Shown: positions 10,304-21,460 of the stretch, in pieces
How the letters are laid out: the number at the start of each line of letters is the position of its first letter
Numbering within the stretch: position 1 is the first letter of the stretch
Assembly (NCBI GenBank): GCA_000934665.2
Contig: JYFJ02001187.1
Span: 62,001 to 88,228 of the forward strand
DNA length: 26,228 nucleotides
Reading direction: 5' to 3'
DNA from: Catajapyx aquilonaris
Lineage: Eukaryota
Made by a program: the position numbers and the translations under genes
The notes under the pieces: generated by a model
What the model was told of the DNA's origin: nothing
Database searches by the model: none
Seen by the model: only the letters and a program-made list of their open reading frames with translations

Positions 10304-10639
10304 TGGGGAGGTGTGGTGGCCGAGATGGGAACGATTCGGCTTTCTGAGTGAAAGGTCCCAGGTTCGATCCCCGCCTGGAAACTCCCTTTCACCTACGTCG
10401 GTAGCGTCTCTGACCCGCACCTTGGAGGTGTCTGGCAACCTAACCTCCTAGGGAACAGCACTTGACCCATTTATCGTTATTACACTTGTATACCTACATT
10501 CCCTCCCCAACAATCCCTATCCTTACCCACTGTCCTTCATTTCCCTGCACTGGAGTTTGAAGAAAAGAAAAAAATTATGAGAAAATTCAAATGGTGGTAA
10601 TCCACCCCCCTAAAATGGCTCTAAAGGGTTTTTTTAAAA
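10304..10639 (+). mobile_element. tRNA-derived SINE (family B)
   Basis: A box tggccgagatgg and B box ggttcgatccc. TSD aaagtttcagat(a/g)tca at 10288-10303 and 10640-10655. Homologous to 23391-23774. Confidence 0.9.
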
Positions 10640-10976
10640 AAAGTTTCAGATGTCACACTCAACAAAGCAGACTCATTTTCAGTTTTCGGCCCCCTTGCTT
10701 TGTTAACTTCATCAACCCTAATAAGATGGGCTTATCATAATGCTGATACGGTAGCTTTGAAAAATTCTGCTGGCACAACTAGAGCCTTTTCCCACTATGT
10801 AACATGGTTTCTGTGTGGCTTTTTAAATTTTCTCTCGCATAAAAATTCGCGAGTTTTGGGCTACAAAATCTTGCATAAATATACCGGATTAACCAGATTA
10901 ACTTGAATGAAATCATCTTTTTGCGGCTGCTGAAAAAAAAACTTCAAAAAAGAATTAAAAAACCGACCTTGGCGGC

Positions 10977-11936
10977 AAAGGACAAGGCACAAAATGTATG
11001 GGCGAGTGGCCTTCCGTTCGATTTGCCTTAAAATTGGATGTTGCAGCCCAGACCGTCCTGATCAATGTTGTATAGGGACATTTTAAGGTGGGACCTACAG
11101 GGAGCCTGCTAATGACCTCCGAAGGTAATAGGGGGAGTAGTAATAATAATAATATCTTACCCTGTTATCAGCCTTTTCCGGCTCTTTAGGGGGATTTTTG
11201 TTTTGTCTGGAACTCTTGCTTACATGTTTACTTTTTGCTTTTTGGGATAGGATAAGGAAGGAAGGAGGCGGCTGTGGCCTTTTAAATTAGGAAGCAACCC
11301 CGGAATTCTCCTGGAGGGACCGTGGGAAACCACAGAAAACCGCGGTTAGAGTTGCCGGCCCCGGGGCTCGAACCCAGGACCTCCCGATTAGCAGTCGGAC
11401 CCTATAGCCACTCCACCAAACTGCTTCGGTTAGGGAGAGTAGTAGACTACAATAATCTTGTCTCCAGGAACTCAATGGTTATTGCATTAAATTATCTATT
11501 AATGTTTATTACCTATTCATCTGGTTCAAATTCTACTCCTTGAAGGTTGTCATTTGGAGTTTCCTCCAGCTGCACTTCAACATTCATTGGGTCAATGTAA
11601 GGAAGGTTTCTCTCACAGCAGTCTTCTATGGTATTGAGTAGCCTCTTCGATGAATAGCAATTAGCATGCTCCCTGTAGGTCCTACCTCGAAATGTCCCTA
11701 TCCAACATTGATCAGGATGGTCTGGGCTGCAACATATCCAATTTTCGGGCAAATCGAAGGGAAAACCAGACCATATCCCATATGACCTTCGGAGGTCAAT
11801 AGCACGCTCCCTGTAGGTCCTACCTCGAAATGTCCCTATCTAACATTGATCAGGACGGTCTGGGCTACAACATATCTAATTTTCAGGCAAATCGAACGGA
11901 AGGGCACTCGCCCATACATTTTGTGCCTTGTCCTTT
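10977..11936. mobile_element. Nested element with about 155-bp TIRs and a duplicated right subterminal block
   Basis: aaaggacaaggcacaaaatgtatgggcgagt ... actcgcccatacattttgtgccttgtccttt. The block starting gctccctgtaggtcctacctcg repeats at 11668 and 11806 (period 138). Confidence 0.85.
11143..11430 (-). mobile_element. tRNA-derived SINE (family C)
   Basis: The minus strand has A box tggtggagtgg, B box gggttcgagcc, a core ttttctgtggtttccc...ggccacagccgcctcctt and a (TAT)n tail. TSD taggg(g/a)gagtagta at 11129-11142 and 11431-11444. Confidence 0.88.
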
Positions 11937-13707
11937 TTGGCATACATAGTTGCCCCCAAACCTCCTCAAGAGATTCCACCCGAAAATTAGTGCAAACGAT
12001 AATTCAATAGCTTTAAAATAAATCAATAATGTTCATAAATGCCAATTAGCTGCTGGCGGGGCCACTGCGCAACTCCCTGCCGGCCTCCATCAGACGGAGG
12101 GGCACATGCTCCCTGGGGTTTTTGAACAGCTGTGGCCCAAGGGAGGTTTACATTCGGGAGGGGGGTTCGTGTTTGTCTGTGTTGCTGGCATGCCTGTCCT
12201 GTGACATAATTCATGCCATGTGGTTACGTACTGCTTTGTTCAGCGGTGCCAAGGCTACATCCCGATATACTTTTTGTCAAGCAGGCAGAGTGACGGAAAA
12301 TATTGGAGTAGGCGCGAAACAAACCCCCTGAGCCACTTTGTTGCGCATTTAAGAATTTCCACTGCATATGGTATGAGAGGAGGGTTACATAGATGGCCTC
12401 AAGATCAAGCCTGGACACTATACGAACTTATTCACTAGTGTATTTACGTCTCGTCCCCCAAGTGGCAAAGCAAGCGAATTTTTTGCAGATCCTTGCAAAA
12501 ATGCGAAAAACCACTCCTCTATTAGGGTTAAGTATGCATTTTACAAAGCTGGGTATTGTGAGAGAGGCCTGATGCATTCCAAATGCCTTCCAAATTCTGC
12601 TTTCTCTCGAGTAATAGTCCAAATGACACATGCCTGCAATGCAGGGACTGTGTTTTATTTTGAACATATAATTAAAAACATGCTAATTTGCTATGCTTCT
12701 TTTTATCTGCCAGTGCTTTACCCTTCCCGCTTAGGTAAGCTGTCCGGGCTGACATCAAGAGGTCATAACTTTTGACCTTGTATGTCTTCGCCAAAATGGT
12801 TTGCATTTTGGTGAATAACTTACCTGCCTCTATTATTGTGCTAAGTTTCATTCAGCAACTCCCATCTACAATGGATGACCTTCCCTTGTCAGTAACTGCT
12901 TTGTTACGGGGAAAGGGCTGAGCACTGCCGCTGGGAAGACATTGGGTAGGAACATCTGTGCCACAGTCAAATCACTCATACTGGGTGGGAGGTACTAGAC
13001 ATGGGAAAACATAATTAAGCTAATCTAATCCCTTTCAAACAAAAGAAAGGATTTCAAGAAGAAATATCAAATCAAGGATCTTGCTCCATCTCGGATCGTC
13101 AGAAAAAAGTTACTGACAGCACTGTCCTTGTCTTGAATGCCATTGCATGGTCAGACTCAGAATGGAGTGAATTCAGATGAGATTTTTGGTCACACCTGTG
13201 AAACTGGATTGGGCTGATTGAATTGTTACTCTGTGTGCCTATGTATCCAAGCAAGTGCCATTAATTTTTAAAATGAAGTTCCATGCAGTCAAGCTATGTC
13301 ATTTACAGAGTTTGGATGAAACAATTTCTGAACAGTTGTGTAGAAAAGCTTATATAATTGACACACAATGGACTTAGATGGATTTTAAAATCACTGCCCT
13401 AGTCGGACAGGTTTTTGGGATAGGAGCCATACTCAGAAATATACCGGTCTTTCCTCTCTTCTTCTTCTCTCTCTTCATTTCTCTCTCCATCTGTCCCACC
13501 TTTGCATCTTCTTATAGCCAGATAGCCACAGTTGCTTTGGCTCCTTCCTAATAAACTAAACTCAAATCACTGCCAATGTGGTGTGTAGTGGACTTTTATT
13601 GATCATCACTTGTAGCAATGTGACAATTTTCTAATCTTAAGGTATTTCTCACTTGGAATTTCATTTGTTTTGCTGTTCCAGTAGTAATGAAATGCATCAT
13701 TTTCTAG

Positions 13708-14400
13708 AGGGCCAGTTGGAAGAAGCTGTAAATACAGGGCGTCTCTACAGCTCAGAAGAAAATGAGGAGTCGCAGAGCAGTAGAAGAGAACCAAAACCAC
13801 GTCGCACTGACCTCCTCCTCAGCTGGGACCAGATGCAAGAAAATGGGTATCCCCTGTTGGCTGCCAAATATTCTCACTTCAGATTTACCAAAGAGGTTTA
13901 CAAAGCTGTCACACCCAACTCACCCATGTACAGCATTGATTGTGAAATGTGCCTGACTGAGATAAGCCAGAATGAACTGACCCGGGTTGCTGTCATCAAT
14001 GAGCGCCTAGAAGTGGTGTATGAAACACTTGTGAAGCCCTACAACAGAATAGTTAATTACTTAACCCAATATTCAGGCATAACTGCAGCTATGCTTGACG
14101 GTGTGACTGTCCGTTTGGAAGAAGTACAGAGAAAGCTTTCTGATATTTTGCCTGCCGATGCCATTATTATTGGCCAATCATTGAACTGTGACTTGATTGC
14201 ACTTCAAATGAAGCACCCATATGTCATTGATACAAGTGTGTTGTTCAACTTGTCTGGCGAGCCCAAGCGCAAGACAAAGTTGTCAGTCCTGACTGAAGTG
14301 TTTCTTGGGGAGCAGATCCAAACGAGAGGAAAAGATGGACATCATCCTGTAGAAGACGGTGTTTCAGCAATGAAATTGGTTCAGCTGAAACTAAAGAAAG
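13708..14400 (+). CDS. REXO5: REXO5-like RNA exonuclease, coding exon 3 (complete DEDDh exonuclease domain)
   Basis: Acceptor catcattttctag|AG restores the frame (...CLLK-E-GQLEEAV). Motifs are ExoI SIDCEMC, YLTQYSGIT, ExoII GQSLNCDL, HPYVIDTS and ExoIII GHHPVEDG. Donor AAAG|GTCAGT is phase 1. Confidence 0.95.
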
Positions 14401-14798
14401 GTCAGTTTCATGTGCTCTTCATGGTGTGTAACTTTCTGCAGAGTAGATCTTGTTGACTTTGTGGGTAGCAACAACCTATGTACAGTATCAACAAGTAACA
14501 TGTAACTGCTCAGACCCATCTGTAACCTGTGACAGTGTACACCTTGTGTACCCCCCTTCAGATGTGTTTCAAAGTTCGCGAGAAATGGCCATAGCAACAG
14601 TGAAAGCGAGAACAAGGAGTGCATTCTCAAATCCCGTTGCTCCGTGGATGCTCACACTTTCACTAAGGCTGTTTCTTGTGACCTTGAATACACTTTTACA
14701 AACCCATCCACCCCATTCCAAATCCTCTTTAGCTTGTCTTGCCGCACGGCATTTAGATACACAGTGCGGATGGCAGTGTGAAGATAGTCGCAAAATAT

Positions 14799-14818
14799 TG
14801 TGTGTGTGTGTGTGTGTG
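14799..14818 (+). repeat. (TG)n microsatellite
   Basis: About ten TG units directly visible. Confidence 0.9.
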
Positions 14819-14820
14819 TA

Positions 14821-15605
14821 TGTTAGGCTCAAACCCCAAAAACGGCCATTGGTCGAAAAAAATCCCGACCATAACTAGCCTGGTCATTTTCAAATCAGCC
14901 GTACCTAGGTCTGGTCATTTCCGAACCAGCCGAAACTAGGTCTGGCCGTTTTCAAACAGCCACAGTTAGTTCTGGTCGTTCCTGCATATGCCTATGGATA
15001 GGGAGGTGATGGGGCGATAGATGGAGCCCTTTCTGTTGGTGTGGGTGTGGAGCTTCCGGGTGACTGTACCAGGACTGTCCTTTGTTGTGGCCCTGGCTGG
15101 CACGGTCCGTCGCATTACCTGATTATTTTAGTTAGTTGCGAGCGTGAATGGTTGCTTGGTTAACTGCCCAACAATACTGGTTGAATTGTGCTGCCACAGG
15201 CCAACAAATGTTATTGGGGCTTTGCCAAGCACATTCCAGCAATTGGCCGAGCCACAATACATTCGTTGGCCTGTAGCGCACAAAGACGGACAATATTGTT
15301 GGGCAGATGCACAACCCACAATACGTGCTCAGCTCGCTACGCTCGCAACTAACTGAAATCATCGGGCAATGCGACGGACTGTGCCTGGCAGGGCCACAAC
15401 AAAGGACAGTCCTGGTGTGGTCACCCCAAAGCCCAACAGCCACACCGAACAAGAAGGGCTCCATCCATATCCCCATCAAGTCCATATCCATAGGTATATG
15501 AATAAGCAGTAATGACCAGAACTCGCTGTGGCTGGTTTGAAAATGACCAGGTCCTGTCTTTTTTTTTTCTCCACCAATGGCCGTTTTTGGTGTTTGAGCC
15601 TAACA
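14821..15605. mobile_element. Long foldback element with TGT...ACA termini (Ginger-like) and 30-bp subterminal tandem repeats
   Basis: tgttaggctcaaac...gtttgagcctaaca, with arms that pair imperfectly nearly to the centre (about 15235). The unit ctaggtctggtcattttcaaaccagccg is repeated 3-4 times at 14875-14980. Confidence 0.8.
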
Positions 15606-15609
15606 TATA

Positions 15610-15986
15610 CAGGTTGTTTCTAACTTGTCCAGCCAACGACCATCAGCGTATTCCTGGGGCCAAAACCAGTTGAAAATGTAGGGGGAAGAAATGTCGAGGG
15701 ACCAACCATTAATGAGATAGACGACCAGAAACATTGGCCAGTGGTTGCTGAAGTTTCAGGATATGATCGGTGATAATCACTTCTACAAAAGAGGTGACCT
15801 TGTAAATCCCAACAGTTGCATTTTCACATGCATATCCTGCTCCTCCTGCAACCATTGACCAATGTTTCTGGTCAAGGTCATTTTAGCCGTTACTCCCTCG
15901 ACATTTCTCCCCCCTACATTTTCAACTTCTTTTGGCTCAAGGAATATGCTGACAGCCGTTGGCTGGACTAGTGACAAACACCCTGT
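15610..15986. mobile_element. Foldback MITE family A, complete copy
   Basis: TA|CAGGTTGTTT ... AAACACCCTG|TA, with imperfect TIRs of about 135 bp. Confidence 0.85.
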
Positions 15987-15993
15987 ATATATG

Positions 15994-16387
15994 CAGGGTG
16001 GACCAACTTCAAGGGTCGTTTTATAACTGCTATTAATAGAAGCTCTTTACGAATGACGTAGCAGAGACGTGTAAAATGGCCCACTTCGGCGCCATCGGAA
16101 ATATTAGCTGTGTTTCGTTTGCAGGCTTCCCTCTTGGATTACAGGTCCATGGTCCATCTGGCGCCTTGGACGTCACCCATTTCACCCTGGCGCATCGTAG
16201 GTCATGTGTGCACCTCCTTTTTTCCAGGTCAACCCAGCAGCAGGGTTGATTACATGTGTGCTGCTATTGACAGCTAATATTTTCGATGGCGCAGAAGTGG
16301 GACATTTTACACGTCGCTGCTACGTCATCGCAAAATCACTGCTATTAATCGCCGTTATAAAACGACACTTGAAGTTGGTCCACTCAG
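15994..16387. mobile_element. Tc1/mariner-type MITE
   Basis: cagggtggaccaacttcaag ... cttgaagttggtccactcag|TA, with TIRs of about 118 bp. Confidence 0.85.
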
Positions 16388-17662
16388 TATACACACGAAT
16401 CAGTTGCAAGTGCACTAAGGAAAGGGTTCCCCTATCACAGCTCACAGCTATCTGCATGCCACCTTGGCTTCTCATTGTAGATGCATGCCATCTTCTCTGA
16501 ACTAGTGCCAACCTTGGTTATAATTTAGTGCTTGTTCATGCAGAAAAGTAGTTGCACCCAACAAACGCTGTGTGTGCAAGCTCTTGTACAATCTTCCTGT
16601 AAAGGCAGTAATGCCATGTCCAAAAAGTGCTCTTAACTTTCCTGAATTGAAAAGATTTGACATTGTGATCAACAAATGTCATAGTGTTTGTCCCCTTCTA
16701 GAGAACTAGAACAGGAAGTACCAGTTTTACGCTGCTCCATTTTACACTGTCTCACATTAACTCGGTTTGAAAATTACATTTGAAAAAAATTAAATCCAGA
16801 AATTGTGATAAATTTGAAGATAACACAATATGAATATAAGCACATCACTGCAACACTTCTGAGTACAAACACAAGACCGTAAAGGCTCTTCTTCAGTTTT
16901 TCATGGTGTCTTGTGGCTGGATCTGTCGATATATACATTACAGTACTGTATTGTTGGTTGTGGCGCTCCCTGAAGTACTCGAACCGTTGTTAAATACCCT
17001 ACATGTACTGCAGTTCTTGTAATTGAAGAGAAAGGAGCCCTCAGAACCTGATGACACTCAACTTGGAACTTCCCATTAAATGTGTGCAATAAATATTTAA
17101 AATACTAGGAATTAAAAACAGCAATATAGTCCATGGGAAAATTTTGGAACCAATCCCATTTACTTGCATTATAATTTTGTCTGGTTTTACTCCTTTTCAC
17201 TTTACCCCGCTATGTTGATGGAACCAATTAATGGCGTAAAACTGATAAAGGGGAACCAAGAAAAGACTGCGGGGATTAGGTGGGTTTTTCCTACTTTTCA
17301 GCCCATCTCTCCAGTCCCTATGTTTACGCTGAAGATAAGTAGAGTAGCCAGGTGGAGATTTTTTTTCCAACATGGATATGGGGTATTCCGGGTTCCTTTT
17401 GCGCCTGGCAACTCTACTTCAAACCCCCAGAAAACCCATGCAGTCTTTTCCTGGACAGCCTATACTCTGGTCCGAAAATTTTCAGAAAGGGACACACAGC
17501 CACACCTCTTCCTCCCACCCAATGAGCTGCGAGTATCCCTATCTATCCTGCCTCTGATTGGTGCTTCCATGAAAGGTCACCTATGTCATCTTCCTTTCTC
17601 CAAATAGTGAGGCTATACTGTATTTAGGAATGTTTGAGTAGTAGAAGTTTCACTCTCTAGAA

Positions 17663-17852
17663 CAGGTTTTCTCAACCGGGGTAGGGTTCCTCGAGCAATG
17701 GCCAGGGGTTCAGCAAGAAATAGTGAGGAATAGCCTAATCATATGTAATTGTTTTTAATACTTGATATATAATAATTTTATGTAGGGGTTCCCTGAGAGG
17801 CATCAATATTATTTTAAAGGTTCCCGTAGGGTGAAAAGGTTGAGAAACCCTG
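17663..17852. mobile_element. hAT-Charlie MITE
   Basis: TIR caggttttctcaacc / ggttgagaaaccctg, with degenerate 8-bp TSD ctctagaa / atgtagaa. Confidence 0.8.
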
Positions 17853-17902
17853 ATGTAGAAAGTAGTAGGAATGAACTCTTCCTGACTGAAAGTTTTCTTT
17901 AA

Positions 17903-18186
17903 CCCTGGAACCGTGCCGTGGGGTCTTTTCGGACCCCAAAGGAATTAAAATGCATTAAAATTAAAATTGCAATGAACTGTTTGCCATTTAAAAAAAGTAT
18001 ATAACAGGAAGTGCATGTTTATTTTGAATTAGCGATCATTTTAGGCATTGTTCAAAGAATGGTTGCATATAGTCAATACATTGAAAAGTATTATATAAAA
18101 TTAATAAAAATAAAAATATGGTGTGGGATCCTAAAAGACCCCACGGCACCGTTAACATACCTTTCAGGCACGGCATGGTTCCACTG
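17903..18186. mobile_element. piggyBac-like MITE
   Basis: TTAA|CCCTGGAACCGTGCCGTG ... CACGGCATGGTTCCACTG|TTAA, with inner inverted repeat gtgccgtggggtctttt / aaaagaccccacggcac. Confidence 0.8.
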
Positions 18187-18990
18187 TTAACCTAACTACT
18201 GATAGTAATTTATACAGCATTCTGAATCATTGTGTATTTCAGAATTCCAAGTAATAATAATTTTTCACTAAACGAGAAGGCTGGAGGAGACATGTTTTTT
18301 CTTAAAACAGGTTGGAACACTTAACACATGTCCCAAATAGTATCATTTGTCACCTTTGCTGCTTTGGTAGAGACATAAAGTGATATTTGGCGTCAAACAA
18401 GACATAATTATGATATCTGTGAATGTAATTGGTTCCAAAATTTCTAACATTTTCCCACAGACAGTAATAATATCTACACAATATTCCCTGTCACAATTAA
18501 TCACTAAAATAATACAAAAGAAGAGTGTAGTGTGTTTGGACTCCGGGTGTTGCAATGATGTGTTGATATTTACTGCAGATTGTTTTGTTATTTTCAATTT
18601 TTATCTAGCTCTCCTGGTTATGACAGAAATTTGTAAGAATACACTTGAAATCCCTTCAAAATGACTATAAGCTCAGGTAACAAAAGCTTTGAAAGAAAGC
18701 TTGCCAAATTCTTTTTGTTGATTTTTTTGTTGCGAAAAAGCGCATCTTTGTGTACCTAAAGTTTTCGATAGTCAGCCTAAAACATTTTAGAAAACATCCA
18801 TTAACTTTGATTTTTTGCATATTGTGTGGAAATAGCCTAATTTGTTTGCAACTTACCTTGCAAATATTTCATATTTTCCTCGTAAACGGAAAAACAACAA
18901 AATATGTAAAGTACCTTTTAATCTTTAATTCATATTACTGTATTGAGACTGGCGGTTCTCTTTTGTATTTATTTGATCGAAATTAAAGTA

Positions 18991-19276
18991 CGAGAATGAA
19001 TCCAAGTAATTGAAAACTTTTTAATTCAGAAGTTTCACTAGAGAAACTGAAACTGAGATATACATATGAAAGAGCAACTCTTTCTCTAATTTTAGACATA
19101 GTCACCATACACTTTGGTGCATTTGTCCCAGCGGGGCACTAGCTTTTCCATGCCCCTGCAGAAAAAAGCGTCTGGCTAGGTGGGAAGCCAGTGGGGGATG
19201 GCCTCTTTCACTTCCTCGATGTCGCTGAAGTTCTGACCTGCCAGGTGCTTCTTCATTGGTCCAAAGAGATGGTAGA
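18991..19276 (-). pseudogene. mariner 3' end with transposase C-terminal remnant
   Basis: The minus frame 19275 to 19092 reads YHLFGPMKKHLAGQNFSDIEEVKEAIPHWLPT*PDAFFCRGMEKLVPRWDKCTKVYGDYV*. A TA|CGAG terminus lies at 18989-18994. Confidence 0.9.
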
Positions 19277-19289
19277 CCTTCATTTGGAT

Positions 19290-19652
19290 GATGATCAAGA
19301 TGAGGTTACCCCTAAGACGATCGCTGCAACCCACCCACCGGCTTTTGTGCAGGAGGTGCGCCAATGGCTTGAGCAAGGTCGTCTCGTGCTCAGGGCGCAA
19401 TGTTGGGTTCATATCCTGCCCCCTAGGCAACCCCTACACGTGAGGGAGTCGAACCATTTGCCGCTCCTCCCGCACAAAAGCCGGTGGCGGTGGGAGGGTG
19501 GCCACGATTGTCTTGGGGGCGACCTCATCTTGATCCTCGTTTATCTTGTTACCGGTTACTGCCTCGACATTTCTCCTCCCTACATTTTCGACTTCGTTTT
19601 GGGCCAATGAGTGCACTGCCGGACGGGAGGGAGACTAGAAAGGGACAGCCTG
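19290..19652. mobile_element. Foldback MITE family A relative, left end missing
   Basis: Right end ...gactagaaagggacagcctg|TA. 19290-19372 is an inverted copy of about 19440-19536, and 19540-19622 matches family A arms. Confidence 0.7.
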
Positions 19653-20292
19653 TATATTACAAGACATTAAGTACCAAATGTTTTTCTACCTATGATATAA
19701 TAAATAATATAATAAATTTTATTATTATTGATTTATGTTACCCCATTCTAGGGCGGGGCCCCTTTAGGGGGACAGCTCTGGGTACAAAAGTAAATGGAAT
19801 AATAAAGCACACAAACATCAACCAAAGATTATTAACAAATACAATACAGTAATGGGTGATTTTAACGATGCTCAGTTTTGCATTATGAGGTTTGCATCCA
19901 CTTGTTTGTGAGTTTATCTAACCATGAAATACCTTGGGCAAAAAACAAAGATTTGAAGAGGTTTGGAAGAAAAAAGACAGAAAAAGGACCTTCTTTAGTC
20001 AGTGCAAATATAATGATAATATAATAACTAATTAATAATAAAGCTCTGCTGCAATTTTATTATTTGTTACACAATGGAGCCTTGTAGTCGCATGCCCCAG
20101 CTAATGAGGTAAGGCAAGAGAGTGGGAGGGGAGGTGAAGGTGCGCAAGTGTGGCATGGGTTGTTTTAGTGTGTTCCTGGTTATTCGAAGAGTCCTACCCT
20201 AGATGTAGCTGGAGAGAGAGATTGAACTCTGCACAAGACAGGAAAACCTTTCAGTCTGTGGGTGCAGATGTTCCGACAGTGCCATTCCATCT

Positions 20293-20575
20293 AGCCGGCC
20301 TTGGTGGACTAGTGGTTAGCGCGCTCGCCTCTGGTCCCAAGGTTGTGGGTTCGAACCCGGCCGAGGTCGGTGACTTTTCTCCGGGTGGTAGAAAAGTGAG
20401 AGTGCGCCTTCCTTCGGAGGGGAAGTAAAGCCGTCGGTCCCGTGTGCTTGTGACATTGCGAGAGTGCACGTTAAAGATCCCCAGAGTGGCCAAATTTCCA
20501 GGAGGAGGACCACCCCCTGGTGTCGGGGTTGAGCCTTAGAGGCAGAAATAGGCAGAAGTTAAGCCCCACTGAACT
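20293..20575 (+). mobile_element. tRNA-derived SINE with Nin/Deu-like core (family D)
   Basis: A box tggactagtgg, B box gggttcgaacc and core tgcacgttaaagatcccc..aaatttcc. Perfect 16-bp TSD cagtgccattccatct (20277-20292, 20576-20591). Confidence 0.92.
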
Positions 20576-20963
20576 CAGTGCCATTCCATCTCTTACACCT
20601 AGGTTATCATCTAGAGATGAGGTGTGCTTTTACACTGCAGGCTAGATGTACTCAAGACATGATTGCAATGATATGTCCACTTAGTCATGGTGGGAAATGA
20701 GCTGGAGTTGTGCCTGGCCATGATGACTTGTGTCTTGAACTCATCTGCAGCTTCACCTATTGCCTAATGTTCTAATTTCTATGCACTATTTCCCAAGCAT
20801 TTTGACTCATTTTGAGTTTTATTCATTAAGCTAAGAGGTAACCATCAAGTCACTAATGTTACTCTTGACTGTCGATGTGAATTACTTGGTGGGCATATTC
20901 ATTGTAATGTTTTGGAAAACTCTGCAGACTAATCTGATTCATACCAAACTCTCATTGTTGCAG

Positions 20964-21460
20964 GTATCACCTATGGCAACTTGTTTCTGGGGGGCGAAGT
21001 CCCTGGGCCAGATGGACTTCCACTGGTAAACAATTCAGGTCGTTTTGAAAGTGGACATCTGAGCCAGTGTGTCCTGAGGCAAATCACTGATTCTGGGAAG
21101 ACAGCAGAGGTTGTTGGCGAAAGAGAGGTCTTGCAGCCCTACAGGGTTTATACCGAGAACCACGACCTTGATGAGGTTGTTGACCTAACTGAAGTGGAAT
21201 CCTGGGACGCATATAAGGAAAGGCTTGAATCAAAGCTGGAAAAGGACTACACAGTTATCCAATTTGATGCCACAGAGAAGCTAAAGCGTCACAATCATGG
21301 ACTGGGGAATTGTAAGGGTATGAGAAAAGTACGCAGATTGTGTGAACTAGCCAAAAGTGCTATGTCAAGTAATCAGTTGCTGCTTATTTATTTTACTGGG
21401 TACCAGGCACAAGATCCTGCTGACAGCAAGAGTGGGGTGTGCTTCATTCGAATTTTATAA
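20964..21460 (+). CDS. REXO5: REXO5-like RNA exonuclease, terminal coding exon
   Basis: Acceptor ctcattgttgcag|GT gives KLKK-G-ITYGNLFLGG in frame with ORF 20981..21460. It ends ...SGVCFIRIL-TAA. Total CDS is 2163 nt, or 720 aa plus stop. Confidence 0.85.

Larger units (their letters stand above)
10124..12892. mobile_element. DNA transposon remnant with about 160-bp TIRs hosting nested insertions
   Basis: 10124-10287 is an inverted copy of 12729-12892 (ggaaggtcatcc...agttatgacctc...cagcccggacagcttacc). The right end is followed by TA. Confidence 0.85.

Noticed and set aside
13653..13707. ORF-track start (MEFHLFCC...) and acceptors ttccag/tag at 13681 and 13684
   Set aside because: Both acceptors are phase 2 and incompatible with the phase-1 donor at 8123. 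Only 13707 keeps the frame.
14875..14980. CRISPR-like 30-bp periodic repeats
   Set aside because: The units are contiguous with no unique spacers, lie inside a transposon arm, and have no cas genes nearby in a eukaryotic context.
17164..17607. 147-aa ORF (and similar ORFs at 25170-25643, 19191-19610 and 14450-14878)
   Set aside because: No recognisable domain or compatible splice structure, and most overlap repeats.
20293..20370. tRNA gene (likewise at 4460-4534, 10304, 11360-11430 and 23391)
   Set aside because: A and B boxes are present, but each continues into a SINE body, most with TSDs, and I could not identify a complete cloverleaf.
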